64,000 nt of DNA. Origin: an uncultured Bacteroidales bacterium (lineage in GTDB: Bacteria; Bacteroidota; Bacteroidia; Bacteroidales; UBA932). A model generated the notes under the pieces. The model did no database searches, was not told the origin of the DNA, and was given only the letters and a program-made list of their open reading frames with translations. This document shows positions 30,054-39,944 of this stretch, in pieces; the first letter of the stretch is position 1, and each line of letters opens with the position of its first letter. The stretch spans positions 1,827 to 65,826 of the forward strand of contig ONCE01000011.1 in the NCBI GenBank assembly GCA_900316245.1, read 5' to 3'. The translations under genes were made by a program, and so were the position numbers.

Positions 30054-31076
30054 ATGGCCGATTATATCCTGGGCATAGAATCCTCCTGCGACGACACTTC
30101 CGCTGCCGTTCTCCGGGACGGTGTGCTCCTGTCCAACGTAATTGCCTCACAGCAAGTCCATAAGGACTTTGGCGGGGTGGTTCCGGAGCTGGCTTCCCGT
30201 GCCCACGAGCAGAATATCGTTCCCGTGGTTTCAGAGGCGCTTCGCCGGGCCGGCGTAGAAGCCTCGCAGTTATCGGCCATTGCCTTTACCCGCGGTCCGG
30301 GCCTGCTGGGCTCGCTGCTGGTGGGCACTTCCTTTGCCAAGGCCCTGTCCCTCTCGCTGGATATCCCCATGGTTATGGTGAACCACCTTCAGGGGCACAT
30401 CCTGGCCAACTTCGTGCGCCAGCCGGACGTCCCCGTCCGCGAACCGTCCTTCCCGTATCTGTGCCTGCTGGTTTCCGGCGGCAACTCCCAGATTGTCAAG
30501 GTGAACAGCCCCCTGGAGTACGAGATTCTGGGCCAGACCATAGACGACGCCGTGGGAGAGGCCTTTGACAAGTGCTCCAAGATGCTGGGCCTGGGTTATC
30601 CGGGTGGCCCCGTGATCGACCGCCTGGCCAAGCAGGGAGACCCCAACCGGTTCCAGTTTGCCAAGCCCAACATCCCCGGCCTGGATTACAGTTTTTCCGG
30701 CATCAAGACTTCCCTGCTGTACTTTGTGAGGGACGAACTGGCCAAGGACCCCAACTTCCTGGAAAACAACAAGGAAGACCTCTGCGCCAGCTTCCAGAAA
30801 ACGCTCATCGACATCCTGATGACCAAGCTCATCCGCGCCGCCAAGGAAACCCGCATCCGGGAAATCACCATAGGCGGCGGCGTCAGTGCCAACAGCGGCC
30901 TCCGGGAAAGGATTGTGGCCGAAGGCGAAAAGCGTCACTGGAACACCTACCTGCCGGAATTCAAGTTCACCACCGACAACGCCGCGATGATAGCCGTGGC
31001 CGGCTGGTTCCAGTACAAGGCCGGCGTCCGCACCCCGCTGGACGTGGCCCCCGTCTCCCGTATGGCCGATTTCTAG
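30054..31076 (+). CDS. tsaD: tRNA N6-adenosine threonylcarbamoyltransferase TsaD
   Basis: GIESSCDDT, GGVVPELASRAH, GPGLLGSL, NHLQGH, LLVSGG, DDAVGEAFDK, GGGVSANS and TDNAAMIA motifs. Confidence 0.97.
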   Translation: MADYILGIESSCDDTSAAVLRDGVLLSNVIASQQVHKDFGGVVPELASRAHEQNIVPVVSEALRRAGVEASQLSAIAFTRGPGLLGSLLVGTSFAKALSLSLDIPMVMVNHLQGHILANFVRQPDVPVREPSFPYLCLLVSGGNSQIVKVNSPLEYEILGQTIDDAVGEAFDKCSKMLGLGYPGGPVIDRLAKQGDPNRFQFAKPNIPGLDYSFSGIKTSLLYFVRDELAKDPNFLENNKEDLCASFQKTLIDILMTKLIRAAKETRIREITIGGGVSANSGLRERIVAEGEKRHWNTYLPEFKFTTDNAAMIAVAGWFQYKAGVRTPLDVAPVSRMADF

Positions 31077-31143
31077 GCCCTTTGGAAATGTCGCCGATTA
31101 TTCCGACCTTTGAAGGTTAGAACGACATAACCAAAAAGACTCT

Positions 31144-32250
31144 ATGGGAAAATATAAAAACGATGCCCGCGTGGTCCTGACCCTGGATGCAGGCGGCAAT
31201 TCCCTCCGCTTCAACGCCATGAAGGGAGAAGAATTCATTCTGGAAACCATCACCCTCCCTTCCAACGCCAATGACTTGGACCTGTGCCTGCAATCGATGG
31301 TAACGGGCTTCAAGACGGTCATCAACCAGCTGGGCAACGTGAAACCCGAGGCCATCAGCTTCGCTTTCCCCGGTCCGGCAGACTATCCCGCCGGCATCAT
31401 CGGCGGCTTCCTGCCCAACTTCCCGTCGTTCCGTGACGGCGTGGCCCTGGGACCGTACCTGAAGGAAGTCTTCGGCATTCCTGTTTTCATCAACAACGAC
31501 GGAGACCTCTTTGCCTTTGGCGAGGCCCTCAGCGGCGCCCTTCCGGAGGTAAACGACAAGCTGGCGGAATACGGCAGCAACAAACGCTTCCGCAACCTCA
31601 TCGGCTATACCTTCGGCACCGGCTGCGGCATTGGCTGCGTCATCAACGGCCAGCTCAACCGCGGAGACAACAGCTGCGTGGAAACCTACTGCCTGCCCAA
31701 TCCGCACATTGGCGGCGTCATCCTGGAAGACAGCATTGCCATCCGCGCCGTCAAGAGAGTGTATTCAGAGCAGTCCGGCGAACAGGATCCCAACCTGACC
31801 CCCAAGGACATCTATGACATAGCCGACGGCAAGCGCCCCGGCAACAAGAAGGCCGCCCTGGCCGCTTTTGCGGAAATGGGCCACGTGGCCGGTCTGGCCA
31901 TCGCCCAGGCCGCCCAGCTGATGGACGGCATCGTGGTCATCGGCGGAGGCATCTCGGCTTCGGCCAAGTTCTTTATGCCGGCCCTCCTGGAAGAGATGAG
32001 GGGCACCGTCCGTACCCTGGGCGGAGACGTCCTGCAGCGGGTGCAGATGAAGGTCTACAACCTGGACGACGAGGCCGAATTCGCCGCGTTTGCCAAGGGA
32101 GAGGCCCGCGAACTCAAGATTTACGGAACGGACAAGACCGTTACCTACGACCCTCAGAAGCGTATCGGCATCATCCTGGACAAGATAGGCACTTCTACCG
32201 CCATCTCCGTAGGTGCCTATGACTTCGCCCTCGCCGAACTGGACAGCTAA
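31144..32250 (+). CDS. ROK-family sugar kinase
   Basis: TLDAGG, FAFPGPADY, FINNDGDLFAFGE, TFGTGCGIG and VIGGGIS motifs. Confidence 0.88.
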   Translation: MGKYKNDARVVLTLDAGGNSLRFNAMKGEEFILETITLPSNANDLDLCLQSMVTGFKTVINQLGNVKPEAISFAFPGPADYPAGIIGGFLPNFPSFRDGVALGPYLKEVFGIPVFINNDGDLFAFGEALSGALPEVNDKLAEYGSNKRFRNLIGYTFGTGCGIGCVINGQLNRGDNSCVETYCLPNPHIGGVILEDSIAIRAVKRVYSEQSGEQDPNLTPKDIYDIADGKRPGNKKAALAAFAEMGHVAGLAIAQAAQLMDGIVVIGGGISASAKFFMPALLEEMRGTVRTLGGDVLQRVQMKVYNLDDEAEFAAFAKGEARELKIYGTDKTVTYDPQKRIGIILDKIGTSTAISVGAYDFALAELDS

Positions 32251-32299
32251 ACCACGAAGGGCCCACGAAACCCCTCCCCTCGGGGGAGGGACTTGAGAT

Positions 32300-33856
<1,557 letters not shown>

Positions 33857-33857
33857 T

Positions 33858-34814
33858 ATGAACAGACGTTTAGGCATCTTACTGCTGGTTTGCGTGGCGC
33901 TTTCCTGCGGCACAAAGAAGAAGGCGGCCCCTGCAGCGCCCGCCACCCGGGATTTCCCTATGGCCGAAGTCCCCGTAATGATTACCGAGCCCCACGAGCG
34001 GGCGGTGTGGATTGCGCAGCATTTCTGGGACCGGTTCACCCAGCCGGACAAGCTCTACGCCTGCGATTCGCTGCTGGTGAACGGCGTTCCCAACGAGAAG
34101 CTGGAGCAGCAGGTGGGCCTTTTCGCCTCCATTCTCCAGAACCTGCCGCTGCAGGACGGAATGGCGGCTATGGAAACCACCTACAACCGCCTGGAGGCCT
34201 TCCAGAAGGCCCAGCCCAAGGGAAACGTGTTTGAAAAGACATCGGCCCTGATCGGGCGCTATTTCTATGACCCCAACTCCCCCGTCCGGAACGAGGAACT
34301 GTACCTGCCGTTCGTTTCCAAGATGGCGGTTTCAGACCTGGTACCGGACAGCGAGAAAGGCCAGTACGCCTGGGATACAAGAGTGTGCTCCCTCAACCGC
34401 ATAGGCACTCCGGCGGCCGATTTCCGCTTTGTGGATACGGCCGGCCGCAACCGGACCCTGTATGGCATCAAGGCAGAGTGGACGCTCCTGATCTTCGGCA
34501 ACCCGGACTGCACCGCCTGCCGCCAGCTGATGGAGGATATGGGCGCCTCCGTGGCCATCTCCAACCTCATCAACTCCGGCCGCCTCAAGGTGGTGGACGT
34601 GTATATTGACGATGAGATAGATCTGTGGAAAGAGCGCCGGGACAGCTATCCTTCGGCCTGGATCAACGGCTACGATCCCACCTTCACCATCCGCACGGAC
34701 CGCATCTACGCCGTGCGTGCCGTCCCGTCCCTGTACCTGCTGGATCAGGACAAGAACGTGGCTCTCAAAGATTGTCCCGCAGAACTGGCGTTACAGATTC
34801 TGGAGACGCTGTAA
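33858..34814 (+). CDS. DUF5106-domain lipoprotein with C-terminal thioredoxin-like fold
   Basis: Lipobox ALSC; HFWDRF; YFYDPNSPVRNEELY; CTAC (CxxC); PSLYLLD. Confidence 0.75.
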   Translation: MNRRLGILLLVCVALSCGTKKKAAPAAPATRDFPMAEVPVMITEPHERAVWIAQHFWDRFTQPDKLYACDSLLVNGVPNEKLEQQVGLFASILQNLPLQDGMAAMETTYNRLEAFQKAQPKGNVFEKTSALIGRYFYDPNSPVRNEELYLPFVSKMAVSDLVPDSEKGQYAWDTRVCSLNRIGTPAADFRFVDTAGRNRTLYGIKAEWTLLIFGNPDCTACRQLMEDMGASVAISNLINSGRLKVVDVYIDDEIDLWKERRDSYPSAWINGYDPTFTIRTDRIYAVRAVPSLYLLDQDKNVALKDCPAELALQILETL

Positions 34815-35858
34815 TCAGGCTTCAAATACCCAGATAATGGCTTCTTCCATCACCTCTCCGGGACGGAGAACGGTGGTGGGATACTGCGGCCGGTTGGGGG
34901 AATCGGGGCAGTGCTGGCACTCTATGGCTACGCCGTCGTAGTCCTCGTACGCACGGGTTTTACCCTGAGGGCAGCCCTTGAGCCAGTTGCCGGTATATAC
35001 CTGCACGGCCGGCTGGGTGGTGAGGACGGTCAGGTGACGGCCGCTCTTGGCAGCCCATAACTGAGCCGCCTCCGAAAGCTGGCCGGGGATATAGCCGTCA
35101 ATGAGATAGCAGTTGTCGTAGCCCTTGCCGTATTTGAGGGCGGGGAAATCGGCCTTGATGTCCCGGCCGATGGTTTTGGCCTCTACAAAGTCCATGGGCG
35201 TTCCGGCCACATCCTCGGGGTCTCCCAGCGGGATGAGGTTTTCATCCGTGGGGAGATACTGGGAGGCGTTGAGTTCCAGTTTGTGGTTCAAAACGCTGCC
35301 GGAGGCCTCTCCGTCCAGGTTGAAATAGACGTGGTTGGTGAGGTTGACCACCGTGGGCTTGTCGGTTTCGGCCGTGAGGATGAGCTTGAGGGAATTGTCC
35401 TCGGCCCAGGTGTAGTGGGCCACGGCCTTGAGGTTGCCGGGGTAGCCGGCTTCTCCGTCCTCGGAGTAATAGAGGAACTCTACGGCGTCTCCCTCCACGC
35501 GGCTTTCCCAAACCTGGCTGTGGAAGCCCTGGGGGCCGCCGTGCAGGTGGTTGGGGCCGTTGTTGATGGGAAGGTTGTATTCTACTCCGTCCAGGGTAAA
35601 CTTACCCTTGGCAATGCGGTTGGCATAGCGGCCGGGCACCTTGCCGGAGCAAGGGCCGTCTCCCAAATAATCCAGAGGGTTCTTGTAACCCAGTGCTACA
35701 TCTCCCAGTTTGCCGTCTTTGTCCGGTACCACAATGGAAACGATGGCGGCTCCTATGTTGGTTAGCTGCACATAGGCGCCGGAGGCGTTTTTAAGCGTGT
35801 AAAGGAGGATCTCCTTTCCGTCGGGAGCCTGGCCCCAGGATTCTTTGGTTATGGTCAT
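34815..35858 (-). CDS. galM: Aldose 1-epimerase (galactose mutarotase)
   Basis: GRYANRI, NHLHGG, GYPGNL, NLTNHVYFNL, GYDNCY and ECQHCPDSPN motifs. Confidence 0.95.
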   Translation of the reverse strand: MTITKESWGQAPDGKEILLYTLKNASGAYVQLTNIGAAIVSIVVPDKDGKLGDVALGYKNPLDYLGDGPCSGKVPGRYANRIAKGKFTLDGVEYNLPINNGPNHLHGGPQGFHSQVWESRVEGDAVEFLYYSEDGEAGYPGNLKAVAHYTWAEDNSLKLILTAETDKPTVVNLTNHVYFNLDGEASGSVLNHKLELNASQYLPTDENLIPLGDPEDVAGTPMDFVEAKTIGRDIKADFPALKYGKGYDNCYLIDGYIPGQLSEAAQLWAAKSGRHLTVLTTQPAVQVYTGNWLKGCPQGKTRAYEDYDGVAIECQHCPDSPNRPQYPTTVLRPGEVMEEAIIWVFEA

Positions 35859-35861
35859 GGG

Positions 35862-36356
35862 TTATTTCTTTTTGTAAATCACGAATTCAAAAGTGTAGCC
35901 GGTCTCGGGGTCCGTGTGGGTCTCCGAGGTGCTCACACGCTCCCAGACGGCGGGGTCAATCTCCGGGAAGAAGACGTCTGCGTCCGGCAGCACGGTGTGT
36001 ACGTGGGTGATGTAGAGCTTGTCCATCTCCGGCATGGCGGCCCGGTAAACGGAAGCGCCGCCCATCACGAAACACTTTTCGGCCCCGGTTTCCTGGGCCT
36101 CTTTGTAGGCTTCCTCAAACGAATAGACGCACGTGACCTCCGGAATGGGGTCTCCGCCCAGGTTGAGCACGATGTTCTTTCTGCCTTTCAGCGGGCGGAA
36201 GGGCAGGGAGAAATACGTGGTGCGGCCCATAATGACCGGGAAACCCTTGGTGGTTTCCTTGAAATACTTGAGGTCTTCCGCAATGTGCCAGGGAAGTTGG
36301 TTCTTGATTCCGATGCCCCAGTTATCGGCAACGGCTACTATTAAGCATTTTTCCAT
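35862..36356 (-). CDS. folA: Dihydrofolate reductase
   Basis: IGIKNQLPWH, DLKYFK, MGRTTY, RPLKGRKNIV, GGASVY and DVFFP motifs. Confidence 0.95.
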   Translation of the reverse strand: MEKCLIVAVADNWGIGIKNQLPWHIAEDLKYFKETTKGFPVIMGRTTYFSLPFRPLKGRKNIVLNLGGDPIPEVTCVYSFEEAYKEAQETGAEKCFVMGGASVYRAAMPEMDKLYITHVHTVLPDADVFFPEIDPAVWERVSTSETHTDPETGYTFEFVIYKKK

Positions 36357-36357
36357 A

Positions 36358-37152
36358 TTATACGGCTACAGGTGCTTTGATGGCAGGCCACGGGTCATAG
36401 CCTTCCAGGGTGAAATCTTCGTATTTGAAATCGAACACGGACTTGACATCCGGGTTCAGGCGCATCTTGGGAAGCGGGCGGGGCTCGCGGGAAAGCTGCA
36501 GGGCCACCTGCTCGAAATGGTTGCGGTACAGGTGGGTGTCTCCCGTGGTGTGGATGAACTCACCGGGCTCCAGGCCGCAGACCTGGGCCAGCATCAGGGT
36601 CAGGAGGGCGTAGGATGCGATGTTGAAGGGAACGCCCAGGAACACGTCTGCGCTGCGCTGATACAGCTGGCAGGAAAGTTTTCCATTGGCCACATAGAAC
36701 TGGAACAGGCAGTGGCAGGGCGGCAGGGCCATCTTGTCCACCTCTCCGGGGTTCCAGGCGCAGACCAGCATCCGGCGCGAATCCGGGTTGTTCTTGATGA
36801 GGTCGATGACCTGGGACAGCTGGTCTATGGAGCGGCCGTCGGGGGCGGGCCAGGAGCGCCACTGGTGCCCGTACACCGGACCCAGTTCTCCGTTTTCGTC
36901 GGCCCACTCGTCCCAGATGGTGACGCCGTGCTCCTGCAGGTACCGCACGTTGGTGTTACCGGAAATGAACCACAGAAGTTCGTAGATAATGGATTTGAGG
37001 TGCACCTTCTTGGTGGTGAGGAGGGGGAATCCGTCCGCCAGGTTAAAGCGCATCTGATAGCCGAAAACGCTTTGCGTTCCGGTACCGGTACGGTCTTCTT
37101 TCAGGGCGCCGTTGGCGCGGATATGGCGCAGGAGGTCTAGATACTGTTGCAT
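36358..37152 (-). CDS. thyA: Thymidylate synthase
   Basis: [54 protein letters not shown] and DTHLY motifs. True start is ATG 37152. Confidence 0.97.
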   Translation of the reverse strand: MQQYLDLLRHIRANGALKEDRTGTGTQSVFGYQMRFNLADGFPLLTTKKVHLKSIIYELLWFISGNTNVRYLQEHGVTIWDEWADENGELGPVYGHQWRSWPAPDGRSIDQLSQVIDLIKNNPDSRRMLVCAWNPGEVDKMALPPCHCLFQFYVANGKLSCQLYQRSADVFLGVPFNIASYALLTLMLAQVCGLEPGEFIHTTGDTHLYRNHFEQVALQLSREPRPLPKMRLNPDVKSVFDFKYEDFTLEGYDPWPAIKAPVAV

Positions 37153-37157
37153 GTATG

Positions 37158-37185
37158 CAAACTTACGCAAAATTCATTATCTTTG
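37158..37185. promoter_or_regulatory. Bidirectional promoter (CAAACTTA-N12-TATCTTTG) for thyA and the NSS transporters
   Basis: Opposed TAnnTTTG elements at 37158-37165 (-) and 37178-37185 (+). Confidence 0.75.
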
Positions 37186-37226
37186 CAAGCAGTAGTGTAT
37201 CAAGAAAGCCCCGGAAAAAGACGCTT

Positions 37227-38588
37227 ATGAAATCCTCACGAGAAAACTTCGGCGGCCGCATGGCCGTCATCGCCGCTTTTGCCGGTAGCGCCATTGGGTT
37301 GGGAAACATTTGGAGATTTCCCTATTTGGTAGGAGAAAACGGAGGCGCCGCCTTTATTTTCATTTACATCGCTTTCACCCTCATTCTTTCCCTGCCTATC
37401 TTTCTGGCCGAAAGTGCCATCGGACGCAGTAGCCAGGCCAACTGCCGGGCCGCGGTGGGTTTTCTGGTACCCGGCCGGGTGGGACAGATGTTCGGCCTTC
37501 TGATGGTGTTCACCCCTCTCTGGATTGTGTCTTACTACTCCGTGGTGGGAGGCTGGAGCATAGACTATCTGGTCCAGGCCTGCCATCTGGATTTTGCGCG
37601 CTCCACGCCGGACCAGCTGGCCGGGGGATTTGAGCGCTTCATTGCCCGGCCCTGGCTTCCGGTTGTGTTTCACCTGGCTTTTTTGGGCATAACCGTAGCG
37701 GTGGTGGCCTTCGGGGTCAAGGACGGCATTGAGAAGTTCTGCAAATGGAGCATTCCCACGCTGTTTGTCCTCATTGTCTTCCTGGTGGTGTATTCGGCTA
37801 CGCTTCCCGGCGCTTTCAAGGGCGTGGAATACCTGCTGAAGCCCGATTTCTCCAAGGTGACGGCCCACACTTTCATCGATGCGCTGGGGCAGTCGTTCTT
37901 CTCCCTGTCCCTGGGAACTGGCATCGTCATCACCTATTCTTCCTATGTGAAAAAGAACGAGAACCTGGTGCTGGCCGGTGTGGGAACGGCGGTGAGCGAC
38001 CTTCTGTTTGCCATCCTGGCCGGCTTTGCCATCATTCCGGCCGTATTTTCCGCCGGCATCGCGCCCGGAACCGGTCCTACCCTCATTTTCGACACTCTGC
38101 CCTTCCTCTTCTCCAGCTTGGCACAGCACGCTCCCATCCTCAGCTCCGTTGCCTCCATCCTGTTCTTCCTGGCCATTTTCATTGCGGCCCTCACCTCCTC
38201 CATTTCCCTCCTGGAAGTAGGCGTGGCCTACCTCACGGAAGAGCGGGGGCTCAGGCGCGGCTGGGCCTGCTTCCTGCTGTTTGTCCTGTGCGGAGCCCTG
38301 GGCTCGCTGTGCAGCCTTTCCTTCGGCCCGCTTTCTCACGTGAAACTGCTGGGGCTCAACCTCTTTGATTTTGCCGACAGCACGGCTTCCAACGTCTTTA
38401 TGGTGCTGGGCAGCCTCATCTCCGTGGTCCTGGCCGGCTGGGTGATGCCCCGCAAGGTTCTCTTCCACGAACTCACCAACGGGGGCGTCCTGCGTAAGAA
38501 CGCCCGCCTGTTCCCGCTCATCCTGTTCCTGATGCGCTACGTGGCCCCCATCGGCATCCTGACGCTCATCCTGTCCTCTGTCCTGTAA
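37227..38588 (+). CDS. Sodium-dependent transporter, NSS/SNF family (copy 1)
   Basis: GSAIGLGNIWRFPY, GGAAF, GQSFFSLSLG and TSSISLLE motifs; likely ATG 37227. Confidence 0.93.
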   Translation: MKSSRENFGGRMAVIAAFAGSAIGLGNIWRFPYLVGENGGAAFIFIYIAFTLILSLPIFLAESAIGRSSQANCRAAVGFLVPGRVGQMFGLLMVFTPLWIVSYYSVVGGWSIDYLVQACHLDFARSTPDQLAGGFERFIARPWLPVVFHLAFLGITVAVVAFGVKDGIEKFCKWSIPTLFVLIVFLVVYSATLPGAFKGVEYLLKPDFSKVTAHTFIDALGQSFFSLSLGTGIVITYSSYVKKNENLVLAGVGTAVSDLLFAILAGFAIIPAVFSAGIAPGTGPTLIFDTLPFLFSSLAQHAPILSSVASILFFLAIFIAALTSSISLLEVGVAYLTEERGLRRGWACFLLFVLCGALGSLCSLSFGPLSHVKLLGLNLFDFADSTASNVFMVLGSLISVVLAGWVMPRKVLFHELTNGGVLRKNARLFPLILFLMRYVAPIGILTLILSSVL

Positions 38589-39943
38589 TGAAAAAACGCG
38601 AGCATTTCGGCAGCCGGTTTGCCGTTATCATGGCCATGGCGGGCAGCGCTGTGGGCTTGGGTAATATCTGGCGTTTCCCCTATATTATGGGCCAGTACGG
38701 AGGCGCCGCCTTCATCCTGGTCTATACGGCGGCCAGCATCATCCTGGCGCTTCCCATCTTTTACGCCGAGTCCATCATAGGCCGAAGGGCCCGTACGGAC
38801 ACCTTCGGGGCCATGAGCAAACTGGCCCCCGGAACGGCCTGGCGCTGGGCGGGGCTGCTCACCATCCTCTCGCCGCTGCTCATCCTGTGCTACTATTCCG
38901 TGGTGGGCGGCTGGAGCGTGGAGTACCTCTTCAAATCCCTCTCCTTCAGCTTCACGGAAGTGCCGGTGGAAGAAGTTCCGCATTTCTTCAAACGCTTCAT
39001 TTCTTCTCCCTGGCAACCCATCTTTGTGCATACGGTATTTATGGCCCTGGTGGCCGGCATTGTGCTGAGCGGCGTCAAGGACGGCATCGAGCGCTTCTCC
39101 AAGGTGGCGATGCCCGCCCTGTTCCTCCTGATTCTCGTGATCCTGGGTTATTCCCTCACGCTTCCCGGGGCGTTCAAGGGCGTGGAGTACCTGATCAAGC
39201 CGGACTTCTCCAGGCTTACGGCCGATGCCTATGCCGCCGCCCTGGGACAGGCCTTCTTCTCCCTGTCGCTGGGCGTGGGAACCGTCCTGACCTATTCCTC
39301 GTACATTAAAAAGGACGAAGACCTTTTTGTTTCGGGCGTGGGAACCGCGGTAAGCGACCTGGCCTTTGCCCTCATCGCCGGCTTTGCCGTGATGCCGGCC
39401 GTGTTTGCCGCCGGCCTGCAGCCGGGCGGCGGTCCGGGCCTGGTCTTCGAGACCCTGCCGTACATTTTCAACAAGATGGGCGAAGGCCTGCCCATCCTCA
39501 CCACCCTTACCTCGTCCATTTTCTTTGTGGCCATCCTGGCGGCCGCCCTTACATCGGCCATCTCCATGCTGGAAGTGGGCGTGGCCTTTCTCACGGACGA
39601 AAGGGGAATGAACCGCCGCAGCGCCACGCTGCTGCTGGCTTTCCTCTGCTGGGCTGTGGGCATCCTGTGCAGCCTCTCCTTCGGTTCTCTCCGGGGAATG
39701 ACCCTCCTGGGGCTCACCTTCTTTGACTTCCTGGACCACCTCTGCTCAGACTGGCTGCTGCCGCTGGGCGGCTTCCTGTTCACGGTTTTCGTGGGCTGGC
39801 AGATGTCCAAAGATGACGTCAGGGACGAGTTCACCAACGGCGGCACCAAGAACGTGCGCGTCTTCGGCGTGGTCTATTTCCTGATGAGATATCTGGCCCC
39901 GGTGGGCATTGTGGTGATTTTCCTCACCAATCTTTTTTTGTAG
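38588..39943 (+). CDS. Sodium-dependent transporter, NSS/SNF family (copy 2)
   Basis: GSAVGLGNIWRFPY, GQAFFSLSLG and TSAISMLE motifs. Confidence 0.93.
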   Translation: MKKREHFGSRFAVIMAMAGSAVGLGNIWRFPYIMGQYGGAAFILVYTAASIILALPIFYAESIIGRRARTDTFGAMSKLAPGTAWRWAGLLTILSPLLILCYYSVVGGWSVEYLFKSLSFSFTEVPVEEVPHFFKRFISSPWQPIFVHTVFMALVAGIVLSGVKDGIERFSKVAMPALFLLILVILGYSLTLPGAFKGVEYLIKPDFSRLTADAYAAALGQAFFSLSLGVGTVLTYSSYIKKDEDLFVSGVGTAVSDLAFALIAGFAVMPAVFAAGLQPGGGPGLVFETLPYIFNKMGEGLPILTTLTSSIFFVAILAAALTSAISMLEVGVAFLTDERGMNRRSATLLLAFLCWAVGILCSLSFGSLRGMTLLGLTFFDFLDHLCSDWLLPLGGFLFTVFVGWQMSKDDVRDEFTNGGTKNVRVFGVVYFLMRYLAPVGIVVIFLTNLFL

Positions 39944-39944
39944 C

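Noticed and set aside
25055-30163. 606-, 369- and 683-aa plus-strand ORFs over the TamB-like gene
   Set aside because: Shadow ORFs of a well-supported minus-strand gene.
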